A DNA stretch of 64,000 nt from an uncultured Sphingobacteriales bacterium (GTDB lineage: Bacteria; Bacteroidota; Bacteroidia; CAILMK01; CAYYUA01), in NCBI GenBank assembly GCA_964474835.1, contig CAYYUA010000004.1, forward strand, positions 33,848 through 97,847. The letters are read 5' to 3'. Positions within the stretch are counted from its first letter, which is position 1; the number at the start of each line of letters is the position of its first letter. The notes under the pieces are model-generated. The model had not been told where the DNA came from. It made no database searches and worked only from the letters and a program-made list of their open reading frames with translations. Below are positions 38,326 to 47,315 of the stretch, piece after piece. The translations under genes were made by a program, and so were the position numbers.

Positions 38326-41295
38326 ATGCTCAGAGCCTGCTTAGTCATCCTTGCCATTTTCGCTGGTTTTCTGCTGAATCCCGTCAAAGCTTTTGACCAT
38401 ACTGCCATCACTCCCGAAAGGCGGTCAGAAGCTCAGCATTGGGCGGATTCTGTTTACCAGGCGCTTAGTCCTGAAAAGCGGATCGCACAACTCATGATGG
38501 TGGCCGCTTACAGCAATAGAGGTGAGGGCCACAAGCAGAAAATCCTGAATCTGGTAAACCAGTACGGGGTTGGAGGGCTGATATTTTTTCAGGGTAAGCC
38601 AACCAGCCAACTGCAGCTGACAAATACCTACCAGAACAATGCAGATGTTCCTTTACTTATAGGGATGGATGCTGAGTGGGGTTTGGGCATGCGGCTGAAC
38701 CAAACCATGGATTTTCCGCGGCAGATGACCCTGGGTGCGGTTCAGGACCATTCCCTGATTAAACGAATGGGAAGGCACATCGGGCAGCAGTGCCGGCGGA
38801 TAGGCGTTCACATCAATTTTGCACCGGTCGTGGACGTCAATAGTAATCCACAGAATCCCGTTATTCACATGCGCTCATTCGGTGAAATTCCCGAACAGGT
38901 GGCGGAGCGGGCCTCAGCTTACCTTGATGGCTTGCAGCAAGCTGGCGTAATGGGAGTCGCTAAGCACTTCCCCGGCCATGGCGATACCGATCAGGATTCC
39001 CACAAAGCCCTCCCCGTGCTCGATCAGTCCAGAAAGGAGCTTCAGCGTACTGAACTTTATCCATTCAGGCGGATGATCAAGGAGCACGCTGGTGGTATCA
39101 TGAGTGGCCACCTTGCTGTTCCTTCGATGACCGGATCTGACAAAGCGCCTGCTTCCCTTTCCCCGAAAATGATACAGGGATACCTGCGGGACAGCCTTGG
39201 GTATCAGAATCTTGTTTTCACAGATGCCCTCAATATGCAGGGCGTCACGGATCAGTACGGGCCGGCTCGGGTAGCCGTCAAAGCCCTTCAGGCGGGAAAT
39301 GACATCCTGTTGTACCCGGAGGCTGTACCGCAGGCCATTAAACGCATTCAGTTTGCTGTTCAGAATCAGGCTATAGATACTGCAATGCTCCGGAAGCGCG
39401 TGAAAAAAGTTCTGCGGGCCAAATACTATGCAGGTCTTTCGGAATTCAATGCTTTAGCTGCGGAAGGCGTGCAGGACGACCTTCATTCGCCGGAAGCGCT
39501 CGATGTAAAGCATCAACTGGCTGAAGGCGCTATGACCCTGGTAAAAGACCCCCTTGAGCTCGTGCCCTTGAAAGATCTATCCAAAGTATCAATTGCCTCC
39601 CTGGCAATAGGCGGAAGCGATGAGAATGCCTTTCAGGACCGGTTAGGGCAGTATGCAGACGTCAGGCAGTTTCACTTACCTCACGATGCCGGTGTTGAAG
39701 CCTTTTCCCGCATGAAGGCAAAGCTTAAGGATTACAACAGGGTGATCCTGAGCGTACATGGGCAGAGCTTCCGGGTAAACCAGAACTTCGGACTTTCTGA
39801 AGAATTGATAGATCAGGTTAATGAACTTGCCAAAGACCAGCTTACCATCCTGGTCAATTTTGGGTCTCCCTATGCCTTAGCCCTCTACAACAATAACCAG
39901 GCTGTTTTGCAGGCCTATGAGGGTGATAAAACCTTCCAGGAAGCTGCAGCTCAGGCGCTGTTTGGTGGGTTTAAGATTACAGGAGAGCTGCCTGTAAGCG
40001 TTCAGGATCGCTATCAGGCTGGGGATGGGATAAAGACCAGTGATGCTTTGAGATTTAACTACACGCTGCCTGAACGGCTTGGTATCAGCTCGGCTTTTTT
40101 GAGCCATCACATCGACTCTCTGGTACAAACGGCTCTTGAAAAAGAAGCTACTCCCGGTTGTCAGGTATTTGTGGCTAAAGAGGGCAATGTTATCTTTAAC
40201 CAAGGGTATGGACACTATACCTACGGAGACACACAGGCTGTGAATTCCCAAACCATCTATGATATCGCTTCTATTACGAAGATCGGAGCGACTGTTCCGG
40301 TGGTTATGCAGCTTTATGAGGAGGACCGTATTGACCTTCGGGACTCACTCGGGAAGTATCTGAACCGGTACCTTGATTCCATTAAGCGTGATCTTCAGCT
40401 TAAGGAATTGCTGACCCATCAGGCCGGTCTTACTGCGTGGATCCCTTTCTACCGCTATACGCTGAATGACCAGGGTTTTTGTGATTCAAACTATTGCTAC
40501 CGACCCAACAGCTTCTACTCGATGCAGGTAGCTGAAGACCTTTACTTACAGCGGGGTTACCGCGACTCAATCTGGCGTACCATAGCAGAGTCCGAAATGC
40601 ACGAAAGGGGCAGCTACAACTATAGCGACCTGGGCTTTTTTTACCTGAAAAAGGTCATTGAGCAATTTCTTGACAGGCCCTTCCGCCAGTATGCCCGGCA
40701 GGAGTTTTTCCGACCACTCGGTATGAACCGGACTGTTTTCAAACCGCTTGAGCAGTTTCCCTTATCCCGCATAGTACCTACGGAGGATGATGATTACTTC
40801 CGTCACCAGCTGGTGCATGGGTATGTTCATGACCCGGCTGCTGCAATGCTGGGTGGCGTAGCTGGTCATGCCGGCCTTTTCAGCACTACCCATGATTTTG
40901 CTAAACTAATGCAGATGTTGCTCAATGAGGGGGCCTATGGTGGGAAGCGGTACTTTGATCCTGCAACTGTTCAATTGTTTACTTCCCAACAGTATGAAGA
41001 TAACCGGAAAGGATTAGGCTTTGACAAGCCTGAGCCTGATACCAGCAAAGTGAGCCCAACTGGTGAATTGGCGTCATTGCAGACATTCGGTCACACTGGA
41101 TTCACCGGAACCTGTATCTGGGCTGATCCGAAGCATGACCTGATCTACGGCTTCTTTTCCAACCGGGTTCATCCGGATGCCGATAATGAGAAGCTTATCT
41201 CCATGGATTTTCGCACCAAAATTCAGGATGCCATTTACCGGTCATTCCTTGACAAGAATGCGATTGAGAAACGGCAAGGTCAAACTGTTCAGTGA
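38326..41295 (+). CDS. Bifunctional glycoside hydrolase family 3 (NagZ-like beta-N-acetylhexosaminidase) / serine beta-lactamase-like hydrolase
   Basis: An N-terminal GH3 domain (KHFPGHGDTDQDSHK) is fused to a C-terminal class-C/AmpH-like domain with the SxxK motif (IASITKIGATV). Confidence 0.8.
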   Translation: MLRACLVILAIFAGFLLNPVKAFDHTAITPERRSEAQHWADSVYQALSPEKRIAQLMMVAAYSNRGEGHKQKILNLVNQYGVGGLIFFQGKPTSQLQLTNTYQNNADVPLLIGMDAEWGLGMRLNQTMDFPRQMTLGAVQDHSLIKRMGRHIGQQCRRIGVHINFAPVVDVNSNPQNPVIHMRSFGEIPEQVAERASAYLDGLQQAGVMGVAKHFPGHGDTDQDSHKALPVLDQSRKELQRTELYPFRRMIKEHAGGIMSGHLAVPSMTGSDKAPASLSPKMIQGYLRDSLGYQNLVFTDALNMQGVTDQYGPARVAVKALQAGNDILLYPEAVPQAIKRIQFAVQNQAIDTAMLRKRVKKVLRAKYYAGLSEFNALAAEGVQDDLHSPEALDVKHQLAEGAMTLVKDPLELVPLKDLSKVSIASLAIGGSDENAFQDRLGQYADVRQFHLPHDAGVEAFSRMKAKLKDYNRVILSVHGQSFRVNQNFGLSEELIDQVNELAKDQLTILVNFGSPYALALYNNNQAVLQAYEGDKTFQEAAAQALFGGFKITGELPVSVQDRYQAGDGIKTSDALRFNYTLPERLGISSAFLSHHIDSLVQTALEKEATPGCQVFVAKEGNVIFNQGYGHYTYGDTQAVNSQTIYDIASITKIGATVPVVMQLYEEDRIDLRDSLGKYLNRYLDSIKRDLQLKELLTHQAGLTAWIPFYRYTLNDQGFCDSNYCYRPNSFYSMQVAEDLYLQRGYRDSIWRTIAESEMHERGSYNYSDLGFFYLKKVIEQFLDRPFRQYARQEFFRPLGMNRTVFKPLEQFPLSRIVPTEDDDYFRHQLVHGYVHDPAAAMLGGVAGHAGLFSTTHDFAKLMQMLLNEGAYGGKRYFDPATVQLFTSQQYEDNRKGLGFDKPEPDTSKVSPTGELASLQTFGHTGFTGTCIWADPKHDLIYGFFSNRVHPDADNEKLISMDFRTKIQDAIYRSFLDKNAIEKRQGQTVQ

Positions 41296-41311
41296 CCGTT
41301 GGTTCTACCTG

Positions 41312-41325
41312 GTTTCATGTGAAAC
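41312..41325. repeat. 14-bp inverted repeat GTTTCATGTGAAAC, copy 1; identical copy at 45135..45148
   Basis: An exact 14-mer located 17 nt after the NagZ/beta-lactamase stop codon and 70 nt before the histidine-kinase start. Confidence 0.6.
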
Positions 41326-41395
41326 AATTCCGGTTTTTCTGGATTTTTGGGTAGAGGGCTTTTGCTCTCGGCAATAAACTAAGACCAGCATTCCA

Positions 41396-44300
41396 TTGAA
41401 GCCTCAGCCAGAAAAAATCCTCAAACGATACCCGCTTCTAGTAGCAGGGGTTGCAGTCCTGCTTCTTTCGCTGCTGTTGGATTATGCCCTGTTACCCGCC
41501 TATTATAAGTATAAAGCGAATAACCTTCCGGAAACTATCCAAAAGCAGGTCATTGCGCAGGAGGCAGTTGCTGACTCACTTGCAGCTGAAATCAGGCGCA
41601 GGAATCAAGCCGGCACCGAAGTGGACTTTAAGCCCTTAGCCGATCGCGCAGCGCGTGAGGATCTGCTGGTTTACGTGTACCGGGGTGGCAAACTGGTTTA
41701 CTGGCAGACGAATCAGGTGCTTCCCAGGCCCGGCCCTGAGGTTTATCAAGCCTTCAGAACCGTTGAGCGAGGCAAGGGTGTTTACTTACAGCGCGGAAGC
41801 CGGGCAGGCCCCTATACCGTACGCGTTCTTAAACCCCTTAAACAGGATTATTCGCTCGAGAACGAGTACCTGAAATCGCGGCTACTGCTTGCGGATGTTA
41901 ACGCACAGCACCTGGCTTTTAACCGTAATCAGCAAGGTGCGGCCATCCTTAATAGCAATCAGGATTACCTCTTTAGCCTTAAACCAGATAGCTCTGCAGG
42001 TCACCGATCCGGCGGCCTTAAATGGCTATACCTGCTGGGTACCGTGTTGGGAACTTTCGGTTTCACCAGTCTTATCAGTCGCTTGTTGTTCCGGCGGTAC
42101 TACAAGGCCGGCATGGGCATGCTGGCTATGAGCTCGTTTTTACTAATGCTTAACCACCTTTACCTGCAGTTCCCTGCCTTAATTTACCAGGGCGCGCTTT
42201 TCGAGCCTGGTAAGCTGCCCCAAGGCTTATTTTTTTCCTCAGTTGGCGGGTTTGCCTTAGTTGTTTTGCTGCTCACCTTCTTTATCCACTATGTTACCAA
42301 ACACCTACAACTTCCCTCCTACCTTGGTAGCCGTGCTAATTACCTTGGACTTCTCGGGTTGTTTTTCATGCTGACGGTCGGAGCCAGCCATTGTGTTGTG
42401 ATGGCCCTTCAAAACCTGGTTATTGATTCGGCAGTTTACCTTAACGTGAAGGAAGTTAAGCGGCTGGACCTTCTCTCTTTGGTTACCATCGTGACTACGT
42501 TTCTGCTTTTTTATAACCTCATTGTTTCAGCTTTTTGGTTTTACAACCAGCTAAAAACGTTCATCAAGAATAATTACGTGCTGGTGATCGGCTGCTTTTT
42601 GGTACTTATTCTCTCCTACCAGCTTTTCAGCCAGTTCTCGCTTTACGCCAATCATTACGCTGGCTTATTCGCCCTCCTCCTCTGGCTGGGTTTCCTGGCA
42701 TTTTACCCCAGTAACCCTTCCTTCTACGGCCCCCTTATTTACCTTATCCTGATAAGCTCAGGCTTTGCTGCCATTCATCTAATCAACTTTAATGAGAACA
42801 AGTCCCTCCAGCGGCAGAAACGATTTGCCACGCAGGTGACCTACCAGCGGGATGCGGTTGCTGAGGAGCTTTTTGGAAATGTTTCACGTGAAATCAAACA
42901 GGACCAGTATACCAAGAACTATTTCCTGAGCCCCCTCCTTCCCAAGAGTTTTTTAAAAAGGCGTATTAAACAGCTTTACCTGAGTCGCTACCTGAATAAA
43001 TACAATTTTAAGCTTCATACTTACAAGTACGGAGGAATTCCCTACAAAGGGAGTTCAGAACACTCGCTGGATTACTTCAGGCAGCTAGTCGAGAAATATG
43101 GCCTAAAGGCATCGGCTAAAAATCTTTACTACATCAATAAGACCGGCACCAACTCATCGTATCTGGCCATCTACAACTTCAATGCTTATGGCGGTCAGTT
43201 CGGTACGATGGTCATCGAGCTTCAGAAGAAAGTGTTCTATGAAGACCGCATTTATCCAGCACTCCTCCTCAGAGGTGATCTGAAGAACAAAGACCGAACT
43301 CATGATTACAATTACGCGATATACAAGAACAACCGCCTGATTGCCCAAAAAGGTAATTACCCCTACACCATAACTGATCAGTTCGAGGGTGGTAGTGGCG
43401 TCTACAATGATTTCAAAGAGGGCCAGTACCATCACCTATCCCATCAGGTCAGTCACAATACTTTTGTTGTAGTTAGCCGGCAGACCTCCAATGTGCTGAA
43501 TAAGCTGTCTGTCTTTTCATTCCTGTTTATTCTGTTCTTCATCCTCTCCGTTATCAGCATTAGCTTTCAGAAACAAAATTTTCAGCAGGTAAAGGATCTG
43601 AGCCGGGCTGTTTATCAAAGGGATCTGCGGTACTTTAAGCCTTTTAAGCATCTGCTTTTTCAGCGAAAAATTCAGTTGGTGATCCTGCTTACCGCCCTGA
43701 TGGTGATGGTCACAGTTGGCGTTAGCACGGTTAACTATCTGCGCTACAGTTTCAACGAGCAACTCAACAGTGAGCTTAGCCAGAAAACCAAAAAGATCAT
43801 CCCGCTTATAGAGCAGTTCCTTAAGGAAAATGAAGGTGGAAGGCCGATCTACAGCAACCGCGAAGAGCTGTTTGCTGAGGTCAAAAAGCTCACCCGCCGG
43901 TTTCAGACGGATATTAACCTCTACAACACTGATGGAGAGCTAATAACCACCTCCCAGCCCCGTATTTACAAAAAAGGAATTCTTACCCGTCAAATGGATC
44001 CGCTTGCTTTCAAGCGAATGAAAGTTGATAAACAAGCTCAGACCATTCAGAACGAGCAAATCGGAAAGCTTGAATACCTGGCCTCTTATGCCCCGATAAG
44101 GGATTCCGACAATAAAATCATTGGCTTTTTAAACCTCCCCTATTTTTCAAAACAGCCCGTCCTTCAGCAGGAGATCTCATCCCTGCTCGTTACCCTTGTC
44201 GATCTCTACGTGCTGATATTTCTCTTTGTGCTGATCATCTCCCTTTTTATATCCAATACACTGACGCAGCCGCTGGACCTGATCCGGGAGAAACTGCGAA

Positions 44301-45133
44301 AGACCCAGCTCGGTCAGACCAACGAACCCATCAACTGGGAAAGCCGCGATGAACTAGGCCAACTTATCCAGGAGTATAACCAGATGGTGAGTGAGCTGGA
44401 GCGAAACGCTGCTACATTAGCTCAGTCTGAAAGGGAAGGCGCCTGGCGGGAGATGGCCAGGCAGGTGGCTCATGAGATCAAGAACCCCCTAACACCCATG
44501 AAGCTGAATATCCAGCGCCTGCAGCAACAGTTCCCCCAGAATGGCAGTGATCAGAATCAGCATGTTCACCGGGTAAGTAAGATTCTTACAACCCAGATTG
44601 ACCACTTATCCAAGATCGCAACCGATTTCTCAGCCTTTGCGCAACTGTCCCTCGGTAGCCCGGTGTCACTAGATATTCACCAGGAGCTAGAGAACCTGGT
44701 GGAGTTCTTTGACCAGGAAGAGAGAAGCCGGGTAACCTTAGACCTGTCGCCTACCCCGCCCTATGTGTGGATTGACCCTAACCATTTCAACCGGATCCTG
44801 ACAAACCTGATCAAAAACGCCTTTGAAGCCATTCCTGAGGACCGGGAAGGCAGGGTTGAAATTGGTACCTGCGGTATAAAAGATCAGTACGTCTGCTTAT
44901 GGGTCAGTGATAATGGCAAAGGGATCCCCACCGATGAACAGGCTCATATCTTTCAGCCCAATTTCAGCACCAAAGGGTCAGGGACTGGCTTAGGGTTAGC
45001 CATGATAAACAAGATGATGGAAAGTGCCGGCGGAAGCATTACGTTTACCTCATTGCCTGACGAGGGCACCACTTTTTACCTCTACTTCCAGGTAGTATCA
45101 CATCAAGAGGCGACCCACCGAGTACCGGAGTAG
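41396..45133 (+). CDS. Multi-pass membrane sensor histidine kinase with no receiver domain and no adjacent response regulator
   Basis: 1245 aa with about 11 predicted TM segments and two large non-cytoplasmic loops. It carries an HisKA H-box (HEIKNPLTPMKL) and HATPase_c G-boxes (DNGKGIP, GSGTGLGLAMINK). Confidence 0.85.
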   Translation: MKPQPEKILKRYPLLVAGVAVLLLSLLLDYALLPAYYKYKANNLPETIQKQVIAQEAVADSLAAEIRRRNQAGTEVDFKPLADRAAREDLLVYVYRGGKLVYWQTNQVLPRPGPEVYQAFRTVERGKGVYLQRGSRAGPYTVRVLKPLKQDYSLENEYLKSRLLLADVNAQHLAFNRNQQGAAILNSNQDYLFSLKPDSSAGHRSGGLKWLYLLGTVLGTFGFTSLISRLLFRRYYKAGMGMLAMSSFLLMLNHLYLQFPALIYQGALFEPGKLPQGLFFSSVGGFALVVLLLTFFIHYVTKHLQLPSYLGSRANYLGLLGLFFMLTVGASHCVVMALQNLVIDSAVYLNVKEVKRLDLLSLVTIVTTFLLFYNLIVSAFWFYNQLKTFIKNNYVLVIGCFLVLILSYQLFSQFSLYANHYAGLFALLLWLGFLAFYPSNPSFYGPLIYLILISSGFAAIHLINFNENKSLQRQKRFATQVTYQRDAVAEELFGNVSREIKQDQYTKNYFLSPLLPKSFLKRRIKQLYLSRYLNKYNFKLHTYKYGGIPYKGSSEHSLDYFRQLVEKYGLKASAKNLYYINKTGTNSSYLAIYNFNAYGGQFGTMVIELQKKVFYEDRIYPALLLRGDLKNKDRTHDYNYAIYKNNRLIAQKGNYPYTITDQFEGGSGVYNDFKEGQYHHLSHQVSHNTFVVVSRQTSNVLNKLSVFSFLFILFFILSVISISFQKQNFQQVKDLSRAVYQRDLRYFKPFKHLLFQRKIQLVILLTALMVMVTVGVSTVNYLRYSFNEQLNSELSQKTKKIIPLIEQFLKENEGGRPIYSNREELFAEVKKLTRRFQTDINLYNTDGELITTSQPRIYKKGILTRQMDPLAFKRMKVDKQAQTIQNEQIGKLEYLASYAPIRDSDNKIIGFLNLPYFSKQPVLQQEISSLLVTLVDLYVLIFLFVLIISLFISNTLTQPLDLIREKLRKTQLGQTNEPINWESRDELGQLIQEYNQMVSELERNAATLAQSEREGAWREMARQVAHEIKNPLTPMKLNIQRLQQQFPQNGSDQNQHVHRVSKILTTQIDHLSKIATDFSAFAQLSLGSPVSLDIHQELENLVEFFDQEERSRVTLDLSPTPPYVWIDPNHFNRILTNLIKNAFEAIPEDREGRVEIGTCGIKDQYVCLWVSDNGKGIPTDEQAHIFQPNFSTKGSGTGLGLAMINKMMESAGGSITFTSLPDEGTTFYLYFQVVSHQEATHRVPE

Positions 45134-45134
45134 C

Positions 45135-45148
45135 GTTTCATGTGAAAC
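45135..45148. repeat. 14-bp inverted repeat GTTTCATGTGAAAC, copy 2
   Basis: An exact copy beginning 2 nt after the histidine-kinase stop codon. Confidence 0.6.
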
Positions 45149-45199
45149 ATGCCTGATTAGGAGGACCTATCGGGTAATTGTACTTTTGCGGAAAACAGA

Positions 45200-46171
45200 A
45201 TGGCAATGGCCACAGGCGGCATACTAATAATAGGTTCAGAAGGACAAGTCGGATCAGAACTAGTTGCAGCTCTCCGCAGCCATTACCGGCCTTCCCGGGT
45301 TATAGCAGCAGACCTTAAAAGTCCGGAATCGGTAGAGGGTCATGAAGGGCCCTATGAGCAGCTTGACGTTCTGGATAAGGATCACATCGAGCGCATCATT
45401 CAGAAGAATCAGGTTACGGAGGTTTACAACCTTGCTGCCCTTTTATCCGCATCAGCGGAGGCAAAACCTATGATGGGCTGGAGCCTGAACATGAATGGCC
45501 TGCTAAACACCCTTCAACTGGCGAAGGACACTGGTATAAAACGGGTTTTCTGGCCGAGCTCTATTGCCGTTTTTGGTCCAACCACGCCAAAAACAGCTAC
45601 GCCTCAGCATACGGTCATGGATCCCAACACGGTATATGGGATTTCCAAGCTAGCCGGAGAACGGTGGTGCCAGTACTTTCACAATCAGTATGGAATAGAT
45701 ACGCGAAGTATTCGGTATCCGGGGCTGATTAGCTACAAAACGGAACCCGGAGGCGGCACCACTGACTATGCAGTAGATATTTTTCACCAGGCGTTGTCCA
45801 CAAGTACGTACACATCGTTCCTGAAACCGGATACCTACCTGCCCATGCTGTATATGCCGGACGCCATCCGGGGCACCGTTGAGCTGATGCATGCGGACGC
45901 TTCCAGATTGAGCCTGCACAGCAGCTATAACCTTGGTGGCCTGAGCCTGGCCCCCGAAACGCTGGCGGATACTATCCAGCAACAGGTTCCGGATTTTTCA
46001 ATCCAGTATGAACCAGACTTCCGGCAGGCCATTGCAGATACCTGGCCTAGCTCTATTGATGATTCCATAGCCCGAGCAGACTGGGGATGGAAACCGGCTT
46101 ATTCCCTCAATGGCATGGTGATGGATATGTTAAAGCAGTTAAGAGCTCAAAAGGACTCAAGCAAAGCATGA
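45200..46171 (+). CDS. tdh: NAD-dependent epimerase/dehydratase-family L-threonine 3-dehydrogenase
   Basis: Contains the blocks SIRYPGLIS, GGGTTDYAVDIFH, and YEPDFRQAIADTWPSSIDDS, characteristic of short-chain/epimerase-type TDH. Confidence 0.75.
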   Translation: MAMATGGILIIGSEGQVGSELVAALRSHYRPSRVIAADLKSPESVEGHEGPYEQLDVLDKDHIERIIQKNQVTEVYNLAALLSASAEAKPMMGWSLNMNGLLNTLQLAKDTGIKRVFWPSSIAVFGPTTPKTATPQHTVMDPNTVYGISKLAGERWCQYFHNQYGIDTRSIRYPGLISYKTEPGGGTTDYAVDIFHQALSTSTYTSFLKPDTYLPMLYMPDAIRGTVELMHADASRLSLHSSYNLGGLSLAPETLADTIQQQVPDFSIQYEPDFRQAIADTWPSSIDDSIARADWGWKPAYSLNGMVMDMLKQLRAQKDSSKA

Positions 46172-47313
46172 AAATTGGTATTGTTGGCTACCCAACCTTC
46201 GGCGGAAGCGGAGTGGTAGCAACTGAGCTTGGCAAAGCCCTGGCCGCAAAAGGCCACCAGGTTCACTTTGTTTCTTACAAGCAGCCAGTAAGGCTGGATA
46301 ATCAGGGTGAGAATATTTTCTTCCACGAGGTGAATATTGTAAAGTATCCCCTATTCGAGTACCCGCCTTACGAACTGGCTTTGATCAGCAAGCTTGTGGA
46401 CCTGATCAACTACGAGCACCTGGATATCCTGCATGTGCACTATGCCATTCCCCATGCTTTTGCGGCTTACATGGCGAAGACTATGCTGGCTCAGAATGGC
46501 TATACGATTCCAATCGTGACCACTCTTCACGGTACTGACATTACCTTGGTTGGCAATGATCCCACCTTTGAAACAGCAGTTACTTATTCTATTAATCACT
46601 CGGATGCCGTAACGGCAGTTTCGCAATACCTCAAAAAGGCAACTTACGAGTCGTTTGACGTTTCTAAGGATATTCTGCACGTTCCGAACTTTATCGATAC
46701 CAAAACTTTCCCCGAGCCACCAGAACCCGGATTCCGTAATTCGATAGCAGACCCAGCAACCCCTATCCTGACTCATATTTCTAATTTCCGGGAGGTTAAG
46801 CGTGTGGAGGATGTGGTTAAACTATTTTCAGAAGTCCGGCAAACGATACCGGCTAAGCTGCTAATGGTTGGAGATGGCCCTGAGCGGACCAAGGCAGAAA
46901 AAGCCTGCCGCGAACTGGCTTATTGTAATGATGTGCGTTTTATGGGCAAGATGGATGATGTGGCCAGGATCCTGAACATTTCAGACCTCTTTCTGCTGCC
47001 ATCAGCCACCGAAAGTTTTGGCCTGGCCGCCCTGGAGGCCATGACGGCAGGTGTTCCTGTTATTTCTTCGGATACAGGGGGGCTGCCGGAAGTTAATATT
47101 AGTGGTAAAACAGGCTTTACAGCACCCGTTGGGCACACGAAGGAGATGGCTCATAAAGCGCTTAAGCTGCTGTCCAATCAATCAATGATGACGCAATTCA
47201 AGGAACAGGCAGTAGCCCAGGCAAAAGCTTTTGATATCAGCAAGGTAATGCCAATATATGAGCGGCTCTATGAAGACTTGCTGGAAGCCCAGGCAGTTCC
47301 GGAGTCTTATTAG
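46168..47313 (+). CDS. bshA: GT4 glycosyltransferase BshA (N-acetyl-alpha-D-glucosaminyl L-malate synthase, bacillithiol pathway)
   Basis: The internal start [22 protein letters not shown]… makes an ATGA overlap with tdh. Blocks [38 protein letters not shown], and [18 protein letters not shown] closely match B. subtilis BshA. Confidence 0.8.
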   Translation: MKIGIVGYPTFGGSGVVATELGKALAAKGHQVHFVSYKQPVRLDNQGENIFFHEVNIVKYPLFEYPPYELALISKLVDLINYEHLDILHVHYAIPHAFAAYMAKTMLAQNGYTIPIVTTLHGTDITLVGNDPTFETAVTYSINHSDAVTAVSQYLKKATYESFDVSKDILHVPNFIDTKTFPEPPEPGFRNSIADPATPILTHISNFREVKRVEDVVKLFSEVRQTIPAKLLMVGDGPERTKAEKACRELAYCNDVRFMGKMDDVARILNISDLFLLPSATESFGLAALEAMTAGVPVISSDTGGLPEVNISGKTGFTAPVGHTKEMAHKALKLLSNQSMMTQFKEQAVAQAKAFDISKVMPIYERLYEDLLEAQAVPESY

Positions 47314-47315
47314 GC

